A stretch of DNA of 64,000 nt from positions 2,981 through 66,980 of the forward strand of contig JANLSO010000056.1 in the NCBI GenBank assembly GCA_031362405.1, in the 5' to 3' direction. Shown in pieces: positions 50,690-60,376 of the stretch. The translations under genes and the position numbers were made by a program. Numbering within the stretch: position 1 is the stretch's first letter; each line of letters begins with the position of its first letter. The notes beneath the pieces are model-generated. The model was not told the DNA's origin. It was given only the letters and a program-made list of their open reading frames with translations, and did no database searches. This DNA is from Thermoleophilia bacterium (lineage in GTDB: Bacteria > Actinomycetota > Thermoleophilia > Miltoncostaeales > Miltoncostaeaceae).

Positions 50690-51922
50690 ATGAAAATCGC
50701 CTACATCACGTCGCTCTATCCTTCCCTGTCGCACAGCTTCATCCTTCGCGAGGTGATCGGGCTGCGGCGCCACGGGGTCGACGTGAGCACGGTCAGCATC
50801 CGGCGCACCCCATCCGAGCTGCTCCTCTCGGCTGACGAACGTGCCGAGGGCGTGTCCACCCATGTGGTCCTTCCGCCGTCGCAGCGTGGCCTTGTCCGTG
50901 CCTTCGCCCGGGCGCTGACCCGCCGCCCCGGTGTGCTTGCGGGAATGGTGCGCGACGCACTCGGCTCGTTCGCCGGGTCGGGTCCGCGTGGTGCCCTATG
51001 GCAGCTTTTCTACGTGGCCGAAGCGGTGCTTGTCTGGGACTGGTGCCTGCATAAGGACGTGCGCCACCTGCACGCTCACTTCGCAAACGTCGGCTCCGAC
51101 GTGGCGATGCTCACCGCGCGGCTCGGCGGCCACGACCGTGGGTGGTCGTGGAGCTTCACGATGCATGGCGCCACCGAGTTCTTCGATGTCGGTGCGCACC
51201 GGCTGCCGCAAAAGACCCGCGATGCGCTCTTTGTCTCGTGCATCAGCGACTTCTGTCGCAGCCAGATGATGAAGCTCACGCCCCGTGAGCATTGGTCCGA
51301 TTTCGAGATCGTCCACTGCGGCGTCGACCCCACGGTCTACGACTACATCCCGCGCACGCGCGAACCCGACGCGCCCCTTGCCATTCTCTGTGTCGGCCGG
51401 CTGGTCTCCGACAAGGGCCAGGCGCTCCTCATCGAGGCTGTCCAGCTGTTGGCCGAACGGGGCCTTGCGGCAACGTTGACGTTGGTCGGCGACGGCCCGG
51501 ATCGCGCCGTCCTCGAGTGTGCGGCCGCCGAACTGGGGGTCGCCGACCGCGTCGTTTTTGCCGGGGCCATCGGGCAGGACGACATCATGCGTTTCTACGC
51601 CGACGCCGACGTGTTCTGTCTGCCGAGCTTCGCCGAGGGTGTCCCGGTGGTGCTCATGGAGGCGATGGCAACCGGGCTGCCCGTCGTTGCGACGCTCATC
51701 GCGGGTGTCGGCGAGCTTGTCGAACAAGGGGTCTCCGGGTGGCTGGCACGCCCCGGGCGCGCCGAGCTACTGGTCGACGCGCTCATGCTTCTTCGCGACC
51801 CTCTCGCTCGCGATCTGATGGGCCGTGAAGGACGAAAGACGGTCGTGAGTCGGTACGACGCCGATGCGCAGGCAGCCATCCTCGCGGGCGTCTTCGCCGC
51901 CCGCGTAGGCGAGCAGAGGTGA
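50690..51922 (+). CDS. family 4 glycosyltransferase (WcaL-like)
   Basis: MKIAYITSLYPSLSHSFILREV N-terminus. GT4 C-terminal signature CLPSFAEGVPVVLMEAMATGLPVVAT. Confidence 0.85.
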   Translation: MKIAYITSLYPSLSHSFILREVIGLRRHGVDVSTVSIRRTPSELLLSADERAEGVSTHVVLPPSQRGLVRAFARALTRRPGVLAGMVRDALGSFAGSGPRGALWQLFYVAEAVLVWDWCLHKDVRHLHAHFANVGSDVAMLTARLGGHDRGWSWSFTMHGATEFFDVGAHRLPQKTRDALFVSCISDFCRSQMMKLTPREHWSDFEIVHCGVDPTVYDYIPRTREPDAPLAILCVGRLVSDKGQALLIEAVQLLAERGLAATLTLVGDGPDRAVLECAAAELGVADRVVFAGAIGQDDIMRFYADADVFCLPSFAEGVPVVLMEAMATGLPVVATLIAGVGELVEQGVSGWLARPGRAELLVDALMLLRDPLARDLMGREGRKTVVSRYDADAQAAILAGVFAARVGEQR

Positions 51923-53112
51923 ATCGAGCCGCGACCGGGGCCTTCCTTGCCGCCGCGTCGGTGCCGTTCATCGTGTGGTGGGGCACGTGGGCAGCTGCCG
52001 CCGCCTCGGGCCTGGGTTCGGTACGTCGTGCCGAGCATCTGGCTGCTCCCGACGTCGCCGGGCGCCTTGATGTGATCATCCCCGCCCACGACGAGGAGAG
52101 GGCGCTTCCGCAGCTGCTCGCGAGCCTCGCCGGGCAGCCGGGTATCGGGACGGTCATCGTCGTCGCCGACCACTGCTCCGACCATACCGCCAACGCCGCG
52201 CGGGCCGCGGGCGCAACGGTGATCGAGCGCGATTCGGGAGCACGGGGAAAGCCCGCCGCCCTCCGCGACGCGCTGGCCTGGTACGCCCATCAGCCCGATC
52301 ACGCCGATGGCGTGGCCTTTGTTGACGCCGACTGCGTCTGCTCGCCGGGCTTCGCCGCATGGATCGTCTCCCGTTTACGTGACTACCCGGTGGTGCAGGT
52401 CGCCAACGTGGTCGTCGGGGGCGACGACGATGCCGCCGCGGGCGGGGTCGAGCTCGGCATGTGGCTACGCAACCTGCTGCGCCCCGCCGGGCTGTCGCGC
52501 TGGGGGGTTCCGGTGGCTCTGTCGGGCACCGGCTTTGCCGTGCGCAGCGATCGTCTGGAACTGATTCAGCTGGAGGACGATCTCACCGAAGACCTACGTC
52601 TGTCGCGAGAGCTGTGGGCCCGCGGTGTGCCGATCGGGTTTGTGCCCGAAGCACGCGTGACCTCCGATGTGCCGCCCGACCGGGCGAGCCTCACCGCGCA
52701 ACGCGAACGCTGGGAAGGGGAGAGCGGTGCGCAGGCGGGCCTGGCGACGCTCGCCCGCTCGGTGCTGCGCCGTCGCGACTGGCGAGCGGGCGTGGCCCTC
52801 GTCGATACCTCGGCGCCGCCGCTGGCCAAGAGCCTCATCGGCTGGATGGGACTCGTCGGTCTTACCGGTGCGGCGGTCGCCGTGCGTGCGGCCCGTCCGA
52901 GTGCCCTGCACGCGCCTCTCCTCGCGGGCGGCCTGCTTGCGACCTACTTGGCAGTTGGTGCGACGGCGGCGCACGGGCCCGCCGGGGCGTGGCAGCTGGC
53001 CCGCCGAGCGCCCGGGTTCCTCCTGTGGAAAGTGCGTTTCTACGCGGGCCGCGACGAACAGCCCCGCCAATGGCAGCGAACGCCGCGCACCGCGCAGGGG
53101 GAAGACGCATGA
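51919..53112 (+). CDS. membrane family 2 glycosyltransferase
   Basis: DVIIPAHDEERAL, VVADHCSDHT, GKPAAL and FVDADC (DXD) motifs, plus a C-terminal membrane region. GTGA overlap with the upstream gene. Confidence 0.8.
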   Translation: MNRAATGAFLAAASVPFIVWWGTWAAAAASGLGSVRRAEHLAAPDVAGRLDVIIPAHDEERALPQLLASLAGQPGIGTVIVVADHCSDHTANAARAAGATVIERDSGARGKPAALRDALAWYAHQPDHADGVAFVDADCVCSPGFAAWIVSRLRDYPVVQVANVVVGGDDDAAAGGVELGMWLRNLLRPAGLSRWGVPVALSGTGFAVRSDRLELIQLEDDLTEDLRLSRELWARGVPIGFVPEARVTSDVPPDRASLTAQRERWEGESGAQAGLATLARSVLRRRDWRAGVALVDTSAPPLAKSLIGWMGLVGLTGAAVAVRAARPSALHAPLLAGGLLATYLAVGATAAHGPAGAWQLARRAPGFLLWKVRFYAGRDEQPRQWQRTPRTAQGEDA

Positions 53113-54131
53113 GGGTGCTTTTGACCGGTCATGAGGGCTACATCGGTGCGGTCGCAGGCGAGGTTCTACGCGAGGCGGGCCATGAGGTCGTCGGGCTCGA
53201 CCTCGGTTGGTTCCGGGGCTGCGATCTCGGGCCGAATCCGGGTGGTGACGGACCGCGACGCGATGTGCGAGACGTCACGGAGGCCGATCTCGAGGGCATC
53301 CAGGGCATCGTGCACCTGGCCGCGGTCAGCAACGACCCGATCGGCCAATTGAACCCCGATGTCACCTACGCCATCAACCACCGGGCATCGGTCCGCCTGG
53401 CCGAGTTGGCCAAGAAGGCCGGCGTCGAACGGTTCGTGTTCTTCTCCTCGTGCAGCCTCTACGGCTCGGCGGGAGACAACATCCTGGACGAGACCGCCGG
53501 ATTCGCACCCCTCACCGCCTACGGAGAGAGCAAGGTCTTTGCCGAGCGCGACATCGCCCCGCTGGCCGACGACGACTTCACACCGACGTTTCTGCGCAAC
53601 GCGACCGTGTTCGGGGCCTCGCCTCGGCTGCGGGGCGACGTGGTCGTCAACAACCTGACCGGTGTGGCGCACACCACCGGAAACATCCACATGCGCAGCG
53701 ACGGAACCCCGTGGCGACCGCTCGTGCACGTGCGCGACGTGTGCCGCGTGGCCGCGGCCGTCCTCGAAGCGCCCCGCGAGCGGGTGCATAACGAGGCCAT
53801 CAACGTGGGGCGGACCGATCAGAACCTGCGGATCTTCGAGGTCGCGGAGATCGTCAAGGCGGCGATTCCCGGTACCGAGATCACCTTCGCCGATGACGCC
53901 GGGCCCGACCTTCGCTGCTACCGGGTCGATTGCTCCAAACTCGTCGACCTGCTTCCCGAGGCCGCCCCGCAGATGACCGTCTCGGATGGAGTCGCCGAGC
54001 TTCTGGCCTGGTTCAACCGGTACGGCCTGGCAGACGGCGCCATCGACGGCTCGCAGTTCACCCGGCTTCGCCGCATCGACGAACTTGCCGCGGCCGGGTC
54101 GATCGACAGCGATCTGCGCTGGATCGGATGA
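53109..54131 (+). CDS. NAD-dependent epimerase/dehydratase (extended SDR)
   Basis: Rossmann motif VLLTGHEGYIG and catalytic YGESK. ATGA overlap with the upstream gene. Confidence 0.85.
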   Translation: MRVLLTGHEGYIGAVAGEVLREAGHEVVGLDLGWFRGCDLGPNPGGDGPRRDVRDVTEADLEGIQGIVHLAAVSNDPIGQLNPDVTYAINHRASVRLAELAKKAGVERFVFFSSCSLYGSAGDNILDETAGFAPLTAYGESKVFAERDIAPLADDDFTPTFLRNATVFGASPRLRGDVVVNNLTGVAHTTGNIHMRSDGTPWRPLVHVRDVCRVAAAVLEAPRERVHNEAINVGRTDQNLRIFEVAEIVKAAIPGTEITFADDAGPDLRCYRVDCSKLVDLLPEAAPQMTVSDGVAELLAWFNRYGLADGAIDGSQFTRLRRIDELAAAGSIDSDLRWIG

Positions 54132-55420
54132 TCCCTCAGGCGGCGACGGGCGCAGGCGCGCGGATGATGACGCTGATGGCGCGGGTCTTCGACGAGCCGC
54201 GTTCGCTCACCGGAGACGGTGTGCGGCGCACCCTGGCGGCGATCGCCGAGCGTGTTCCCGTCAGGGTAACCGAGGTTCCCTCCGGGACGCCGCTCTTCGA
54301 CTGGACGGCGCCCGACGAGTGGACGGTCCGTGCGGCGCGGATCACCGGGCCCGACGGGGCGACGGTCGTCGACGGCGCCGACTCACCGCTTCACCTGCTC
54401 GGGTACAGCACGGCCGTCGACGCGCGGATGAGCCGTACGGAGCTACTGCCGCACCTGCATTCGCTACCCGCCCGGCCCGATGCGGTCCCCTTTCGGACCA
54501 GCTACTGGGAGCGTGCCTGGGGTTTCTGCCTGGCGCAGCGGGTTGTCGACGCTCTGCCCGAAGGCGACTTCGCGGTTCTTATCGATGCCGACCTCGCACC
54601 CGGATCGATGACCTACGGCGAGATTGTGATCCCCGGCACGAGCCCTGAAACCGTTCTCGTCAGCACGCCAATCTGCCATCCCGGTCTGGCAAACGACAAC
54701 CTTTCGGGAGTCGCCCTGCTCGCCGAGCTCGGGACGGTGCTCGCGGCGAGCGGTCCCCACCGGCTGTCGTACCGGCTGCTGCTGTCACCGGGAACCGTCG
54801 GTCCGCTGGCCTGGCTCGCCGCCAACGGCGATCTCCTTCCGCACGTCGTCGCAGGCTTTGGCGTGATGTGCGTCGGCGACGCCGGACCCATCACCTACAA
54901 GCGCAGCCGCCGCGGCGACACGCTCACCGACGGGGCCGCGGCCCTCGCGCTGCGTGATCTCGGGGTCGCGCACGACCTGCGTGACTTCTCGCCGTGGGGC
55001 GGAGATGAACGGCAGTTCTGCTCGCTCGGCGTCGACCTCCCCATTGGTGCACTGTCACGCACCCCACCCGGGGAGTACCCCGAAAACCACACGTCCGACG
55101 ATGATCTGAACTTCGTGAGTGCCGACCACCTCGAGGCGAGCCTGCAGGCGACGTTGTCCATCCTCCGCGTCATCGACGGCGACGAATGCCTGCGAAACAC
55201 CTCGCCGATGGGCGAACCGCAGCTGGGTCGGCGGGGCCTGACACGGCGTCAGGGAGGGCAGAAGGGCGATGCGCACGAGGCCGCCATGCTCTGGGCCTTG
55301 AGCATGGGCGACGGCCAGACCCCGCTGAGCAAGGTCGCCGTACGCTCGGGAATCGCGTTCGACGTGGTGCGGGTGGCGGCCGACGATCTGCTCGGCGCGG
55401 GGCTTCTCAGTGCTGTCTGA
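54128..55420 (+). CDS. DUF4910 / aminopeptidase-like domain protein of polysaccharide loci
   Basis: CHPGLANDNLSGVALLAELG and YPENHTSDDDL motifs match the aminopeptidase-like DUF4910 family that accompanies sugar C-methyltransferases. ATGA overlap with the upstream gene. Confidence 0.65.
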   Translation: MIPQAATGAGARMMTLMARVFDEPRSLTGDGVRRTLAAIAERVPVRVTEVPSGTPLFDWTAPDEWTVRAARITGPDGATVVDGADSPLHLLGYSTAVDARMSRTELLPHLHSLPARPDAVPFRTSYWERAWGFCLAQRVVDALPEGDFAVLIDADLAPGSMTYGEIVIPGTSPETVLVSTPICHPGLANDNLSGVALLAELGTVLAASGPHRLSYRLLLSPGTVGPLAWLAANGDLLPHVVAGFGVMCVGDAGPITYKRSRRGDTLTDGAAALALRDLGVAHDLRDFSPWGGDERQFCSLGVDLPIGALSRTPPGEYPENHTSDDDLNFVSADHLEASLQATLSILRVIDGDECLRNTSPMGEPQLGRRGLTRRQGGQKGDAHEAAMLWALSMGDGQTPLSKVAVRSGIAFDVVRVAADDLLGAGLLSAV

Positions 55421-55898
55421 CGTCCCAGCCGTACGGAACAGAATCTCCGAAGGGGTCGTGCCGTGTGGTCCGGTTCGCATCGTGGACGTGCGTGGCGCAG
55501 TTGGCGACGAGCGCGAACGGAGACGACAGCCCTTTCATCCCGTTGCGCAGGCCGGGTGGGATCACCACCAGGCTGTGGTTGTCGGGACCCAGCAGAATCT
55601 CCACCAGGCTCCCCTGCGTGGGCGAATCGGGCCGCGGATCGAAGACAACGATCTTCACCCGGCCGTGCACGCAGGCGTAGTTGAGGGTCATGTCGGCGTG
55701 CTCGTGCCACCCCTTCACCACGCCGTCGTAGATCGTCGTGAAGTAGATCTCGCCGAACTCGCGAAAGTGCGGGTCGTCGCTGCGCAGCATGTGGAGGATC
55801 GTGCCGCGCTCATCCGGGATACGCCGAAGCGGCACGACGAGCAAGTCGTGGATCGGGTTGCCGATGAGAACAGTGGCTCCGTCGGGCAGGTCGGTCAT
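55407..55898 (-). CDS. cupin-fold NDP-sugar 3,5-epimerase-like protein (RmlC family)
   Basis: 163 aa. DERGTILHMLR and FGEIYFTTIYDGVVKGWHEH resemble the dTDP-4-dehydrorhamnose 3,5-epimerase-like family. Confidence 0.7.
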   Translation of the reverse strand: MTDLPDGATVLIGNPIHDLLVVPLRRIPDERGTILHMLRSDDPHFREFGEIYFTTIYDGVVKGWHEHADMTLNYACVHGRVKIVVFDPRPDSPTQGSLVEILLGPDNHSLVVIPPGLRNGMKGLSSPFALVANCATHVHDANRTTRHDPFGDSVPYGWDVRQH

Positions 55899-55974
55899 CG
55901 GCTCTCTGGTGGGGCTCGGTTGGTCGCGGGGATCGCGGCGGGCCGGACGCTACCGATTCGAGAGGCCTGACACC

Positions 55975-57222
55975 GTGAGTGCTCCCACGCCACCCGCGAA
56001 CCACCCGCCGTGCCGGTTCTGCGCCGCGCCGCTGACGCGCAGCGTCGTCGACCTCGGCATGTCGCCCCTGTGCGAGACGTTCCTCACGGCCGACGAGCTG
56101 AACCACGTCGAGCGGTTCTACCCCCTGCACGTGCGCGTCTGCGACGAGTGCCACCTCGTGCAGCTCGAGCAGTACGTCTCGCCGGACGAGATCTTCAGCG
56201 AATACGCGTATTTCTCGTCGTACTCCGATTCGTGGGTTGCGCACGCCAAGGCTCATGCCGAGCGGATGATCGGCATCCTGGACCTCGATGAGACCAGCTC
56301 GGTCGTTGAGGTGGCCAGCAACGACGGCTACCTGCTCCAGCACTTCGTGGCGCGGGGAATTCCGGTGGTCGGGGTCGAGCCGGCCGCGAACGTCGCGGCG
56401 GTCGCGGCCGAGAAGGGGATTCCCACCCGGGTGGCGTTCTTCGGTCGTGACGAGGCCACCGCGATGGTCGCCGACGGTATCCGCGCGGATCTTTTGTGCG
56501 CCAACAACGTTCTGGCACACGTCCCCGACATCAACGACTTCGTCGCCGGTATCGCGATCGTGCTCGGCCCCGATGGTGTTGCGACGCTCGAGTTCCCGCA
56601 TCTGGCCCGGCTGATCGCCGAAACCCAATACGACACGATCTACCACGAGCACTTCTCGTATCTGTCGCTGATGGCCGCCCACCGGATCATGAACGCCCAT
56701 GGCCTTCAGATCTTCGACGTCGAGCAGCTGCCGTCGCACGGCGGATCGCTGCGAGTTCACGTGGGCCACGCCGGCCGCTTCCCTGAAACCGATCGCGTCC
56801 GGGCGCTGACGCGTCTCGAACAGGTTCACGGGTTCGATACGCCGCGGCCCTACGAGGCCTTCGGCGCGGCGGTCGAGGCCAGCAAGCGCGCCCTTCTGAC
56901 GATGCTGATCGCCGCCCGGGAGAATGGAGAACAGGTCGCCGCGTACGGTGCGCCCGGAAAGGGCAACACGCTGCTCAACTACTGCGGCATCCGGTCAGAG
57001 CTGATCTCCTACGCCGTCGACCGCAACCCGTACAAGCATGGGCGCTACACACCGGGTACCCACATCCCGATCTTCGCGCCTGAGCATCTCGCCGAAACGA
57101 AGCCCGACCTCATCGTGATACTGCCCTGGAACCTGCGCAAAGAGATCGCCGCTCAGCTCGCCTACACCGCCGAGTGGGGCGCGCGTCTGGTCGTGCCGAT
57201 CCCCCGCGCGACCGTCCTCTAG
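55975..57222 (+). CDS. NDP-hexose C-methyltransferase (TylCIII-like; Zn-ribbon + SAM MTase + C-MT C-terminal domain)
   Basis: CRFCAAPL..DLGMSPLCETF..RVCDECHLVQL zinc-binding N-terminus, SAM motif VVEVASNDGYLL, NNVLAHVPD and HEHFSY motifs. GTG 55975. Confidence 0.8.
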   Translation: MSAPTPPANHPPCRFCAAPLTRSVVDLGMSPLCETFLTADELNHVERFYPLHVRVCDECHLVQLEQYVSPDEIFSEYAYFSSYSDSWVAHAKAHAERMIGILDLDETSSVVEVASNDGYLLQHFVARGIPVVGVEPAANVAAVAAEKGIPTRVAFFGRDEATAMVADGIRADLLCANNVLAHVPDINDFVAGIAIVLGPDGVATLEFPHLARLIAETQYDTIYHEHFSYLSLMAAHRIMNAHGLQIFDVEQLPSHGGSLRVHVGHAGRFPETDRVRALTRLEQVHGFDTPRPYEAFGAAVEASKRALLTMLIAARENGEQVAAYGAPGKGNTLLNYCGIRSELISYAVDRNPYKHGRYTPGTHIPIFAPEHLAETKPDLIVILPWNLRKEIAAQLAYTAEWGARLVVPIPRATVL

Positions 57223-58005
57223 ATGAAGGTCGTGCTTTTCTGCGGAGGCAAGGGCCTGCGCATGCAAGAGGCGTCGCGGCGGATCCCCAAACCGATGGTC
57301 CGCATCGGCGACCGCCCGGTGCTCTGGCACGTCATGAAGTACTACGCACATTTTGGCCACACCGAGTTCATCCTCTGCCTGGGCCACAAGTCAGAGGTCA
57401 TCAAGGAGTACTTCCTCACCTACGACGAGGCATTCAGCAACGACTTCGTACTGAGCCACGGTGGCCGCCAGGTGAACCTGCTGGGCGAGGACATCGCCGA
57501 CTGGAAGATCTCGTTCGTCCACACCGGCTACTCGGCCTCGGTGGGGGAACGCCTTGCACGGGTGCGCGAGCACATCGGCGACGACCCATACTTTCTGGCC
57601 AACTACGGCGACGTCCTTACTGACGCGCCGCTTCCCGAGGTCATCGACGACGTCGTCAGCCGCGGGGTGGTGGCAGGCTTCTTGTCGGTTGCTCCGAGCT
57701 ACAGCTTTCATAGCGTTCAGACCGACGCGACCGGGGTTGTCGAGGGGGTCCACGATGTTCGCGAGGCCGGTATCCGCATCAACGGGGGCCACTTCGTTCT
57801 GCGCAACGACCTCTTCGACTACATGCGCCCGGGTGACGAACTCGTGACCGATACGTTCACCCGCCTGATCGCCGAGCGCCAGGTCGTCGCCTGGCATCAC
57901 GACGGTTTCTGGGCGCCGATGGACACGCTCAAAGAACAGCAGGAACTCGAAGCCATGGTCGAGGCCGGGGGCGGCCCGTGGAGGCTCTGGGAGCCGTCGG
58001 CGTGA
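57223..58005 (+). CDS. rfbF: glucose-1-phosphate cytidylyltransferase
   Basis: MKVVLFCGGKGLRMQE..IPKPMVRIGDRPVLWHVMKYYAHFGHTEFILCLGHK and GFWAPMDTLKE are near-canonical RfbF motifs. Confidence 0.92.
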   Translation: MKVVLFCGGKGLRMQEASRRIPKPMVRIGDRPVLWHVMKYYAHFGHTEFILCLGHKSEVIKEYFLTYDEAFSNDFVLSHGGRQVNLLGEDIADWKISFVHTGYSASVGERLARVREHIGDDPYFLANYGDVLTDAPLPEVIDDVVSRGVVAGFLSVAPSYSFHSVQTDATGVVEGVHDVREAGIRINGGHFVLRNDLFDYMRPGDELVTDTFTRLIAERQVVAWHHDGFWAPMDTLKEQQELEAMVEAGGGPWRLWEPSA

Positions 58006-58661
58006 TCGATCTTCGCCTCGGCCAGCTGGGGGAGGTGCTCGCTATCGGCGCGCACTCCGACGACATCGAGATCGGCTGCGGCGGAACGCTTCTGGCGATC
58101 GCCGCGGCGAACCCGCAGGCGCGCTTTACCTGGGTGGTGCTGACCGGCGACGAGGGTCGCCAATGCGAGGCGCGCGCGAGCGCGGAGGCCTTCTTCGGCG
58201 ATGGCCGCGCGCCACGGCTCGTGCTCGGACGTCTGCGCGACGGGCACCTGCCCCACGAACCCGCCGCCAAAGCCCTGTTCGAGCAGGCGAAGGTCGACGC
58301 CTCACCCGATGTCGTGTTCACCCACCAGCGCGACGATCTCCACCAGGATCACCGCGTCGCCGCCGAGTTGGCGCTGCAGACGTTCCGCGACCACCTCGTG
58401 CTCGGGTACGAAGTGCCCAAGTACGACGGCGACCTCGGCGCACCGAACCTGCTCGTGCCGCTGACCTCCGCGCAGGTCGACCGTAAGGTGGGCCACCTGA
58501 TGGACCACTTCGCCTCCCAGCGCGCCAAACGGTGGTTCACCGACGACCTCTTTCGCGCCCTGATGCGGCTCCGCGGCATGGAGGCCAACGCGCCAGACGG
58601 GCATGCGGAGGGCTTCTACGCGCACAAGGTCATCGTTCAGCCCGGGTCGCCCCCTGTCTGA
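58002..58661 (+). CDS. PIG-L (LmbE-like) family deacetylase
   Basis: AIGAHSDDIEIGCGGTL and HQDH motifs. GTG 58002 overlaps the rfbF stop (GTGA); the alternative start is 57978. Confidence 0.8.
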   Translation: MIDLRLGQLGEVLAIGAHSDDIEIGCGGTLLAIAAANPQARFTWVVLTGDEGRQCEARASAEAFFGDGRAPRLVLGRLRDGHLPHEPAAKALFEQAKVDASPDVVFTHQRDDLHQDHRVAAELALQTFRDHLVLGYEVPKYDGDLGAPNLLVPLTSAQVDRKVGHLMDHFASQRAKRWFTDDLFRALMRLRGMEANAPDGHAEGFYAHKVIVQPGSPPV

Positions 58662-60162
58662 ACGAGAGTCGTTTCGGCAGTCGCTCAGCCACGGCCTGGG
58701 GAGCTTCGCGTCGGTTGCCCTGCTGGGCCTGGTGACGAGCGTGGTCATCGCCCGCATCTACGGCGTCGAGGTGATCGGCCAATTCGCGATTGCAACCGCC
58801 CCGGTCGCTGCGGTGACGTACCTCTCGACCGCGCAAGAGCAGGCCGCACTGATCCGCGAGCTCACCACGCTCTCGTCCCGTGCGCCGCGCGTCACGGGTC
58901 TGTTTGCGGCCGTATTCGCGTTCTCGTGCACCCTCTCAGCGGTGGTCGGCGCGATCGTGCTCGGCGTGGTCGCATGGCTGTTCAACGGCCCGATCGACCG
59001 CCCCGAGCTGGTGTGGCCCGCCGTCGCCCAGATGGCCGGCTACGTCTTCGTCACCAACACCTGCTGGAACTGCGATTCAGTGCTGGCGGCGTTTCGCCAG
59101 GGGCGGGCGCTGTTTTGGATCCGGTTGGTGCAGGCCCTGACCTTCTTTGCCATCGCCGTGGTCGCGGGAATCGTGTCGAACACTGTCTGGGGCCTGGTGC
59201 TCGCGACGGTTGGCTCGTGGACCGTCGGCCTCGCATTCCGCACACGGGCGCTGCGCCGGATCATGCGCTTCCGCGTTCCCCGTGAGGAGATCCGTGCCGG
59301 CTTTCGGACGTTGCCGGGGTTGATCCGCTTCGGCATCCGCGCCGCTCCGGGAACCCTGGTCGGGGGCGTTTCGGCCGAGTCGGGAACGTGGATTCTCGGC
59401 GTCACGAGCCCGATCGCATCGGTGGGAGCCTGGGATCGAGCCCGCCAGTTGGCCGGTCGCCTGCGCGAGGGAACGATCCGTATGAACGAGATGCTCCTGC
59501 CGACCCTCGTCGAGCGACGCGACGCCGACCGCGATGGGCACGATCGCGCGCTGGTCGACTCCGCCCGCTACGCCGCCGCGGGATTGCTCCTGTTCGCGGC
59601 GGTCGGTGGGGGCGCCGCCCGTGGGGTGATGGGCGTGTTCGGCCCGCGCTTTGATGAAGGGGCCACCGCACTTGCCCTGTTACTGGTCGTGGAGGCGTTG
59701 GTCGCGGTGGCGGCGGTGTTCGTCAGCACCCTCTACGCAGCCGATAAGCCCCTGGTGACGACGGCCGCGAACGTGGCGGCAATGGCGGTGACCGTCGGTG
59801 CGGGCATCCCGTTGGCTCTACGGCTCGGGGTCACCGGACCGGCCCTGGCCGCGTTGGCGGGCCAGTTCGTTCTCATTGGCGTGATGCTTCCGTACGTGGC
59901 ACGCGAGTTGGTGGCGCCCTTACGGGTGGTCTGGCCCGTGCGATGCCTCGTTTCGATCCTCGCGGCGTACGGCGCAGGCTTCGCCGGCGCCCGCATCGTC
60001 GATGACTGGCTCCGTGGCCCGGCGGGAGCCCTCGCCGCCCTGGGCGTTGGCGCGATCGCCTACCTCGTGGCGCTCGTCGCGACCGGCGGTCTGCTGGCCC
60101 GCGACCGCCAGCGCATCTCCGCCGGCATCGACCTCATCCGCGGGCGCCCCGCCTCCAGCTAG
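58603..60162 (+). CDS. polysaccharide biosynthesis/export membrane protein (second Wzx/MOP flippase-like)
   Basis: About 14 hydrophobic helices. N-terminal SFASVALLGLVTSVVIARIYG is typical of the family. The start is uncertain (listed start overlaps PIG-L by 59 nt). Confidence 0.65.
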   Translation: MRRASTRTRSSFSPGRPLSERESFRQSLSHGLGSFASVALLGLVTSVVIARIYGVEVIGQFAIATAPVAAVTYLSTAQEQAALIRELTTLSSRAPRVTGLFAAVFAFSCTLSAVVGAIVLGVVAWLFNGPIDRPELVWPAVAQMAGYVFVTNTCWNCDSVLAAFRQGRALFWIRLVQALTFFAIAVVAGIVSNTVWGLVLATVGSWTVGLAFRTRALRRIMRFRVPREEIRAGFRTLPGLIRFGIRAAPGTLVGGVSAESGTWILGVTSPIASVGAWDRARQLAGRLREGTIRMNEMLLPTLVERRDADRDGHDRALVDSARYAAAGLLLFAAVGGGAARGVMGVFGPRFDEGATALALLLVVEALVAVAAVFVSTLYAADKPLVTTAANVAAMAVTVGAGIPLALRLGVTGPALAALAGQFVLIGVMLPYVARELVAPLRVVWPVRCLVSILAAYGAGFAGARIVDDWLRGPAGALAALGVGAIAYLVALVATGGLLARDRQRISAGIDLIRGRPASS

Positions 60163-60376
60163 GCAATCGCTCTACGGCGCCAGCCGATTGAGGTGCGAGG
60201 GGCTACAACTGATGGGCAGGGAGGTCTCTCGAGGGCAGCGCCGGGGATGGCATCGTCGTAGATCAACTCCTTCTTCCGGTGGAAGTTGCCGTGCTGTTGC
60301 GAATTTCACGTCCACGTTTCGATGAAAAACGCCAGACACTCGGATCCGACGACCAAGGTGGTGCCCCATCAGCGGC

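Noticed and set aside
52461-53108. N-terminal extension of the SDR ORF (listed 52461..54131). Similar extensions exist for 53930..55420, 55789..57222, 50312..51922 and 43799..45424.
   Set aside because: The extensions are Arg/Pro-rich and overlap the preceding recognised genes. Internal starts give 4-nt start/stop overlaps and canonical N-termini.
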